Part shown: positions 57,608 to 64,000 of the stretch, in pieces | How the letters are laid out: each line of letters opens with the position of its first letter | Numbering within the stretch: the first letter of the stretch is position 1 | Assembly (NCBI GenBank): GCA_963713255.1 | Contig: CAVQLC010000002.1 | Span: forward strand, 99,746 to 163,745 | DNA: 64,000 nucleotides | Source: an uncultured Actinomycetota bacterium | GTDB lineage: Bacteria; Actinomycetota; Actinomycetes; Propionibacteriales; Nocardioidaceae | Reading direction: 5' to 3' | Made by a program: the position numbers and the translations under genes | The notes under the pieces: model-generated | What the model saw: the letters and a program-made list of their open reading frames with translations, nothing else | Told to the model about the DNA's origin: nothing | Databases searched by the model: none

Positions 57608-58894
57608 GTGGCATCGGCAGAGATGGCCCGCGCGCGCGTGGTTCGCCCGTACCCTCAGGAGGTGCCGTCGCTGTCTCGCGGCGGCAGTCAGGGACAGGGG
57701 GCGCAGGTGGGCCGGGCGACCGAGAACGCGTGGGGCATCTCCCTCGACGACGCGACCCTGCCCGACAGCGAGACCCGGATCACCGACTTCGCGGCGTTCT
57801 TCGCGATCTCCTTCCCGGGCTTCTTGCTGCCCCTCGTCGGAGTGCCGGCGGGCGAGGTGGCCGCTCTCGGGCTGGGCCTCATCGCGCTGTTCCGCACCTC
57901 TGACCGGCTCAACGGGCAGCCCGTGTGGTTCACCTGGGCGATGGTGGCGGTCCCGCTGTGGCTCCTCGGCTCGGGGTTGCTCAACGACGACCTGAACCTC
58001 AAGCGACTGGCCCACATGGCGTCGTACGCGTTGCTGGCCCTGGCTCTGGCCAGCGGCCGCATCGCCATCCCGTCCGCCGTGCGCGGGCTGATGTGGGGCC
58101 TGCCGCTGTCCGTCGCGGTGAGCGTCGCGGGGGCGGGGAACGGGTACGTCGGTCGTCTGGACGGACTCATCGGCGACCCCAACGCCGCGGCGTACTACCT
58201 GCTCGCGCTGGGCCTGGTCGTGATGGCCTACTGCTCCCGGACGTCGGTGGCGGTGCTCTTCGGCCTCTTCACCGCGGTCTCCGTGGTGCTCACCTTCTCG
58301 CGCACCGGCCTGACCGTGCTGATCGTCGCCGTCGTGTGGCTGAGCTACGGTCGGCGGCTCAGGCTCCTCGCCGCCGCGGTGTCGCTGGCCGTGACGGGGT
58401 GGCTGGTCCAGAACGTCTCGGAGGACCTCAGGTTGTGGGGTCCGTTCGCGGACCGGGAGGGATCCGACGCGCTGCGGCTGCGCATCATCGCGTCGGAGCA
58501 GGCCCAGGTCGCCGATGCACCGCTGTGGGGCAACGGTCCGGGCACCTCGACGGTGGACCTGGGTGGACAGACCTTCTTCTTCCACTCCAGCTACTACGGC
58601 GTGCTGAACGAGGGTGGCTGGCCCCTGCTGGTGGTGCTGCTCGCGGTGCTGGCCGGCGTCTTCGCGGCCCTCACCAACGGCACCGGGCGGGGAACCCGTC
58701 GCACCGCCTGTCTCCAGATGGCCATGATCGCCTCGCTGATGATGGCGTTCACCCTCGGCGAGGTCCTCCTCGACCTGCCGATGGCCATCGTGCTCGGCGT
58801 GGGCATCCGGCACGCCATGCTCACCCGTCCCCGACCCGCGGAGGCCGACGAGCCCGAGACCCGGCTGCTCGCCGATCGGGACCGCGCCAGGTGA
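57608..58894 (+). CDS. O-antigen ligase/polymerase-like (Wzy_C-type) polytopic membrane protein
   Basis: Intact 428-aa ORF with about 10 TM helices. Reads GRLDGLIGDPNAAAYYLLALGLVVM...LTFSRTGLTVLIV...PLWGNGPGTS...FFHSSYYGVLNEGGW. The true start may be downstream of 57608. Confidence 0.7.
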   Translation: MASAEMARARVVRPYPQEVPSLSRGGSQGQGAQVGRATENAWGISLDDATLPDSETRITDFAAFFAISFPGFLLPLVGVPAGEVAALGLGLIALFRTSDRLNGQPVWFTWAMVAVPLWLLGSGLLNDDLNLKRLAHMASYALLALALASGRIAIPSAVRGLMWGLPLSVAVSVAGAGNGYVGRLDGLIGDPNAAAYYLLALGLVVMAYCSRTSVAVLFGLFTAVSVVLTFSRTGLTVLIVAVVWLSYGRRLRLLAAAVSLAVTGWLVQNVSEDLRLWGPFADREGSDALRLRIIASEQAQVADAPLWGNGPGTSTVDLGGQTFFFHSSYYGVLNEGGWPLLVVLLAVLAGVFAALTNGTGRGTRRTACLQMAMIASLMMAFTLGEVLLDLPMAIVLGVGIRHAMLTRPRPAEADEPETRLLADRDRAR

Positions 58895-60186
58895 CGCGTC
58901 GGCTCCTGACGTGGGCGACCACGGCGCCGCTCGGCCGTGCGTTGGTGGCGTCGGCGCTGGCGCTCGAGCTCGTCGTCGTCGTCGTCGCGATCGCCGGTGA
59001 CGTGGGTCCGTTCGCCGACAACGACGCCGACATCTACGTCGCCGCGACCCGAGGCTGGTGGGCCGGGGGCTCGCTCTACGACTACCGCAACCTCGGGGGG
59101 TTCGGTTTCACCTACCCGCCGTTCGCCGCGCTCGTGGTCAGCCTGCTCGCCTGGCTACCCGGTCGCGTCGCGGGGGACGCCTTCCAGGTCGCCGCCGTCG
59201 GGTCGGCCCTGCTCTGCGTCGCCGTGGTGCTGCGGGCCGACCGGGAGCGACCGCTGCCGGTCCGCTGGCTGTGGTGCGTGCTGAGTGCGACGCTGCTGCT
59301 CGCGTACCCCGTCTTCCGTGGCTACTCGTCGGGCCAGATCGACCTGGTGCTGATCCTGGCGGTGACGGTGGACGTGCTGCTGCTCGCCCGCACCCGGTGG
59401 GCCGGCGTGCTGATCGGCGTCGCCATCGCGGTGAAGCTGACACCGGCCGTCTTCCTGCTGCTCTTCCTGGCCACCGGCCGCTGGCGGGCCCTCGGTACGG
59501 CGCTCGCGACGGCGCTGGCCTGCACGGGCCTCGGCTGGCTGGCCAACCCCGCGGGCTCGCGGGAGTTCTGGACCGAGCGGCTGTGGGACACCTCGAACGT
59601 CGGCGCCCAGACCGCGGCGCTCAACCAGAGCCTGGCCGCCGTCGTCGCCCGCTTCACGAGCCCCGTGGACGGCCAGGTCGCGGGGGCCGGACTCGTGGCC
59701 TGGCTCGTGCTCGTGGTGGTGCTGGTCGCGGCCGCCTGGGTCGCCCTCCGGCACGCGGACCTCGACGTGAGGGGCACCGAGGCACTGGTGCTGACCGCGG
59801 TCCTCGGGTTGCTCGTCTCGCCGATCTCCTGGCTCCACCACTGGGCGTGGCTCTGCGTGTTCGTGCCGTTCCTCTGCCTGCGGTGGCTCGCCTCGGGGTC
59901 GGGCTGGGCGTGGGTGCTCGGGCTCTCGGCCTTCGTCGCGTCGATCCCCCCGTGGTGGCTGCTGGGTGGGTACTTCGAGTCGCTCCAGGTGTGGCGGAGC
60001 TGGGGCAACCTGGTGGGCAGCGTGATGGTGTGGTGGGGCCTCGCGCTCTTCGCGTTCGTCTGGCTCGGTCTGCGACCGCGCGAGCCGCTCGCGCGTCTCG
60101 CCGGCACCCGGTGCCGCGGCGCGCCCCGGGTAGCGAGGCCGACGGGCCTGCCGCAGGGTCTCGACTTCGCCGGGGCGCCCCTCTAG
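58891..60186 (+). CDS. GT87 (DUF2029) polyprenol-phosphate-mannose-dependent glycosyltransferase-like membrane protein
   Basis: GTG in the frame of track ORF 57925..60186, overlapping the upstream stop (GTGA). Reads DADIYVAATRGWWAGGSLYDY...GFTYPPFAALV...GVLIGVAIAVKLTPAVFLLLF...LVSPISWLHHW. Confidence 0.7.
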   Translation: MTRRLLTWATTAPLGRALVASALALELVVVVVAIAGDVGPFADNDADIYVAATRGWWAGGSLYDYRNLGGFGFTYPPFAALVVSLLAWLPGRVAGDAFQVAAVGSALLCVAVVLRADRERPLPVRWLWCVLSATLLLAYPVFRGYSSGQIDLVLILAVTVDVLLLARTRWAGVLIGVAIAVKLTPAVFLLLFLATGRWRALGTALATALACTGLGWLANPAGSREFWTERLWDTSNVGAQTAALNQSLAAVVARFTSPVDGQVAGAGLVAWLVLVVVLVAAAWVALRHADLDVRGTEALVLTAVLGLLVSPISWLHHWAWLCVFVPFLCLRWLASGSGWAWVLGLSAFVASIPPWWLLGGYFESLQVWRSWGNLVGSVMVWWGLALFAFVWLGLRPREPLARLAGTRCRGAPRVARPTGLPQGLDFAGAPL

Positions 60187-60230
60187 GTTGGCGTGACTCA
60201 TCACCAGCGACTCTTCTCGGGAGCCCCACG

Positions 60231-63200
60231 ATGTCGATCCCCCCGTCGCGACGTCCGCGTCGCAGCCTCTACGCCCTCGTCAGCGCCGGACTCGTCGCCG
60301 TGCTGGCGGCCGCCGGCCTCCAGGGCTTCTCCGGCGCGGCCGACGCCGCGCCCGGCCCCGCCACCGGCCGGGGGCGGCTACTGGACGGCGACGGCGGAAC
60401 AGCCGCGGGCGGCGAAGGGCGGACACGCGGCCCGGGTCTCCCCACGCTCCTTCGAGGGCTACACGCTGGACCGGGAGGCGCTGGCCGACCGGCTCGCCGA
60501 CGCGCCGCGCGAGGGATCGGGCGCGACGCCGGTGACGATCCGGGTGCCCGCGCCCAACGGCGAGCTGGTGGCGTTCGCGGTCACCGAGTCGCCGATCATG
60601 CAGCCGCGGCTGGCGGCGGCCCACCCCGAGATCACGACGTACGCCGGTCGCGGCGTGGCCGACCCGACCGCCTCGATCCGCCTCGACCTGGCGCCGACCG
60701 GCTTCCACGCGTCCGTGCGCGGGTCCGGCGCGCAGGGGGCGTGGTACGTCGACCCGGCGTACAACGGCGACGACAGCCTCTACCTGTCCTACCTCGGCAG
60801 CGCGGTGCCCGCACCGCAGCGCGGCCTCGTGGAGCCCGAGCTCGACGAGTCCACCCTCCGGGACGCCACGGCCGACGCGGGCGAGGCGCCCGGCACCGAG
60901 GTGAGCCTGCGCACCTACCGGCTCGCGCTGGTCACCGACCCGTCGTACGCGACCTACTTCGGCACCGCCAACGTGCTCGCCGAGAAGGTCACCCTGATGA
61001 ACCGGGTCAACCACATCTACAACGACGACCTGGCGATCCGGATGGTGCTCATCGACCAGACCGACCAGCTCAACCTCGACACCGCCGCCAAGGCCACCGA
61101 GCCCAACGGACCGTGCGGGGCGGCTGCGTGCTTCACCACCGCGAACCTCACCAGCTGCGGCAGCGCCGCCCTGAACCGGAACCGGATCGTCCTCGGCCAG
61201 CTCGTGGGCGCGTCGCAGGTACGACATCGGCCACCTCGCCCTCGGCGTGAACGGCGGCGGCATCGCCCAGCTCAACGCGGTCGGCGGCGACGGCAAGGCA
61301 CGTGGCTGCACCGGGTTGCCGACGCCCGAGGGCGACTTCTTCGCCATCGACTACGTCGCCCACGAGATGGGCCACCAGTTCGGCGGCCCCCACACCTTCA
61401 ACGGCACCGAGGTCAACTGCGCGGGCAACCGCAGCGGATCCCCGATCGAGCCCGGCTCCGGCACCTCGGTGATGGCCTACGCCGGCATCTGCGGGCAGGA
61501 CAACCTCCAGCCGCACACCGATCCCTACTTCGGCCAGCGCAGCATCACCGACCTGACGAGCTACGTCACCTCGGTCCGTCCCGCCATCAACGAGGTGCAG
61601 ACGGTGTCATTGCGCGGCTTCGACACCGACGGCGAGTCGTTCACGCTCACCTACGACGACGCAGACGACCCCCACCTTCACCCGGGGCAGCACCTACACC
61701 ACAGCCGACATCGACGCCGCGCTCGAGGCCATCCTCGGTGCCGGGACCGTCACGGTCGCGGCGTGGGGCGGGACCGGCACCCTGAACGACACCGGCTTCC
61801 AGGTCACCTTCTCCGGGGGTGCCGTCGCCGCCACGAACCTCCCGGCCCTGACGCTGACCACCGCCAACGGCGACGTCACCGGCTTCGTCGGCGAGACCGC
61901 CAAGGGCGGCCCCATCGACAACGCCGGCTGGCAGGTGACGCCCGAGCGGCAACCGCTCGCCGGTCGCCGCGGCGCCCGCGGCGCGGACCATCCCGATCCG
62001 CACCCCGTTCGCACTGACCGGGACCGCCACCGACCCCGACGGCGACACCCTCGTCTACCTCTGGGAGCAGAACGACCGCGGCGGCGCGGCCGGGGTGCGC
62101 CTGGGCAGCCAGGTGAAGCCCGACGGGGCGCTGTTCCGGATCTTCGGCTCCTACGCGCCGGTCACCCCGGCCGGGACGCTGGAGATCGAGTCGCCGGGGG
62201 AGAACCTCGCGGGCTCGAACCCGACGCGGGTGTTCCCGGACATGGCGCAGATCGCGGACGGCAACACCAACGCCGCGACCGGCACCTGCCCCGACATGCC
62301 GCCGTCACCGGCGACGGTGCCCGTGCCCGTGATCGAGTGCTTCGCCGAGTGGCTGCCGACCGCGGACTACGTCGGGTCGGCGCTGGCGCCGAACACCGAG
62401 CCCTCACTGAACTTCCGGTTCACCGCGCGCGACCTCGACCCGGCGGCGGGCGGCTACTCCTACGGCGACGTCAAGCTCACCCTGGACAAGACCGCCGGCC
62501 CGTTCGTGGTCAACTCCAAGAACGGGGCGGGTGCCGCCGCCGTCGGCGGGCGCACCGAGACGGTCACCTGGGCGGTGGCGAACACGGCCGCGCTGGCACC
62601 CGACGTGCGGATCAGCCTGAGCACGGACCGGGGTGCGACGTTCCCCTACGTGCTGCAGGAGAGCACGCCCAACGACGGCAGCGCGGCGGTCGTCTGGCCC
62701 AACGTCGAGACGAGCACGGCCCGTCTCAAGATCGAGGCGGTGGACAACTACTTCTTCGACATCAACAACTCCGACCTGTCGATCGGGTCGAGCCTGACCG
62801 TCGACGGTCCGACGGCCACGACCACGACGGCGCCGTACGGACTGGGCGTGAGTCCCGCCGTGGAGTTCGGCGCAGTGTCCGGCGCGGTCGACGGGGACCA
62901 GATCGCGACGACCGTGCAGGGCCTGCCGGCGGGGCTCACCATCGAGCGCTGGCAGGCCTCCGCCGATGGCGTCCGGCCCGGCACGGCCGAGTTCCGGGTC
63001 GCCGGCAGGACCACCGCGGCGGCCGGGACCTACCCGGTCACGGTCACGGTGGCGGACGGGGTGAACGACCCGGTTCCGGTGTCGTTCACGGTCGTGGTCA
63101 CCGGCGGTCCTGGAGACACGGCCGCTCCGCAGACCAGCCTCACCTCGGGTCCGGAGGACGGGTCGGTGCTGCGCAAGCGCAAGGCCACCTTCGGCTTCAC

Positions 63201-63729
63201 CTCCTCGGAGGGGGGATCCACGTTCCGGTGCCGGCTCGACGGCGCCCCGCGGACGTGCGGCGGCGGTTCCGTGACCCTTGCGGACCTGGCACCGGGGACC
63301 CACGAGCTCGCGGTGCAGGCGGTCGACGCGGCCGGCAACGTCGACGCGACGCCGGACACCACGACGTTCACGGTGCCGCTGGACGACGGCGTCCTCGCGC
63401 GGAAGGGCGACTGGAGGCGGGTCCGGGACGCGTCGGCCTTCGGCGGGGACTACCAGGCCTCCGACGACAAGGGCGCGCGTCTCTCGTACCGGATCGAGGA
63501 CGCGGTCGGCGTGACCCTGGTCGTGAGCACCGGCCCGCGGTTCGGTCCGGTCAAGGTCTTCCTCGGCAACACGCTGCTGAAGAAGATCCCGCTGCAGGGC
63601 GGGGCAGGAACCACGCGGCTGAAGAACGTCGCGACGTTCGACGCGCCCCGGTCCGGCAGGCTCCGGATCGTGGTGGCCAAGAACAAGCAGGTCCGGATCG
63701 AGGGCCTGGCGGTCGTCACCGAGCCCTGA
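60231..63729 (+). pseudogene. large secreted metzincin (reprolysin/M12B-like) zinc metalloprotease with Ig-like/beta-rich C-terminal half; at least 4 frameshifts
   Basis: ATG 60231 gives MSIPPSRRPRRSLYALVSAGLVAVLAAAGLQGFSGAADA (signal peptide). Body lies in track 60193..61785, 61247..62017 and 62095..63729. Zinc motif is HEMGHQFGGPHTF (HExxHxxGxxH). Then DPDGDTLVYLWEQ and C-terminal repeats. Confidence 0.7.
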
Positions 63730-63742
63730 CCGCCTCGGCCGG

Positions 63743-64000
63743 TCAGGCGCTCGCGCGCCGGACCAGCCGGGGCGGGATGATCAGCCGCGCCGGAGCGGCC
63801 GGCACGCCCAGGTCGATCAGCTCCAGGAGCAGGCGGGTGGCCCGCGCCGCCATCTCGGTGATGGGTTGCCGGACCGTGGTGAGGGTCGGCGTGGTGCGCT
63901 CGGCCACGCCGAGGTCGTCGAAGCCGACCACCGCGATGTCGTCGGGCACCCGGCGGCCCGCCGCGGCGAGCACCCGCAGCGCGCCGGAGGCCATCAGGTC
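63743..64000 (-). CDS. LacI-family transcriptional regulator, C-terminal fragment (5' part beyond window end)
   Basis: Track ORF 63743..63994 extends to the window edge: ALRVLAAAGRRVPDDIAVVGFDDLGVAERTTPTLTTVRQPITEMAARATRLLLELI. Confidence 0.7.
   Translation of the reverse strand, partial: DLMASGALRVLAAAGRRVPDDIAVVGFDDLGVAERTTPTLTTVRQPITEMAARATRLLLELIDLGVPAAPARLIIPPRLVRRASA

Overview
High-GC (about 70%+) actinobacterial chromosomal window with roughly 60 genes. I saw no rRNA, tRNA, CRISPR array, transposase or integrase. Layout: (1) 1-3717 holds a decayed-looking lasso-peptide-like RiPP module (methyltransferase, small leader-like ORF, AsnB-type cyclase-like gene, PqqD/RRE, divergent NTP_transf_5 nucleotidyltransferase). 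(2) 3721-6565 holds a TauE permease and an APS-kinase/LMW-phosphotyrosine-phosphatase fusion. (3) 6624-11718 holds asparaginase, a DUF429-RelA/SpoT fusion, patatin, and an XRE regulator / HbhA-like / DUF2516 triad. (4) 11653-22644 is sugar-nucleotide and envelope genes (BY-kinase, CapD-like dehydratase, rmlABCD, two gmd paralogs, galE, amidase). (5) 22732-28766 is a housekeeping block (F420 reductase, two acyl-CoA dehydrogenases, gpgS, folP, reductase). (6) 28763-31159 is an HprK-like kinase / PqqD / NTP_transf_5 triad. (7) 31209-60186 is a large glycan locus. It has a second BY-kinase, a priming phosphotransferase, about 10 glycosyltransferases, CBS-NeuB-TIM fusion plus NeuA (nonulosonic acid), acetyltransferase, epimerase, ABC exporter, WbqC, PIG-L, FkbM, Wzy-like protein and GT87. 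(8) 60231-63729 is a large secreted metzincin, followed by a LacI fragment. About 20 genes are broken by roughly 45-55 frameshifts, unevenly distributed. This is either indel error in the assembly or real decay, and I cannot tell which from sequence alone. Frameshifted genes are therefore typed pseudogene, meaning only 'as assembled'. Most very long ORFs in the six-frame track are antisense or chimeric artefacts of high GC. All family assignments come from motif recognition by eye, not from database searches.
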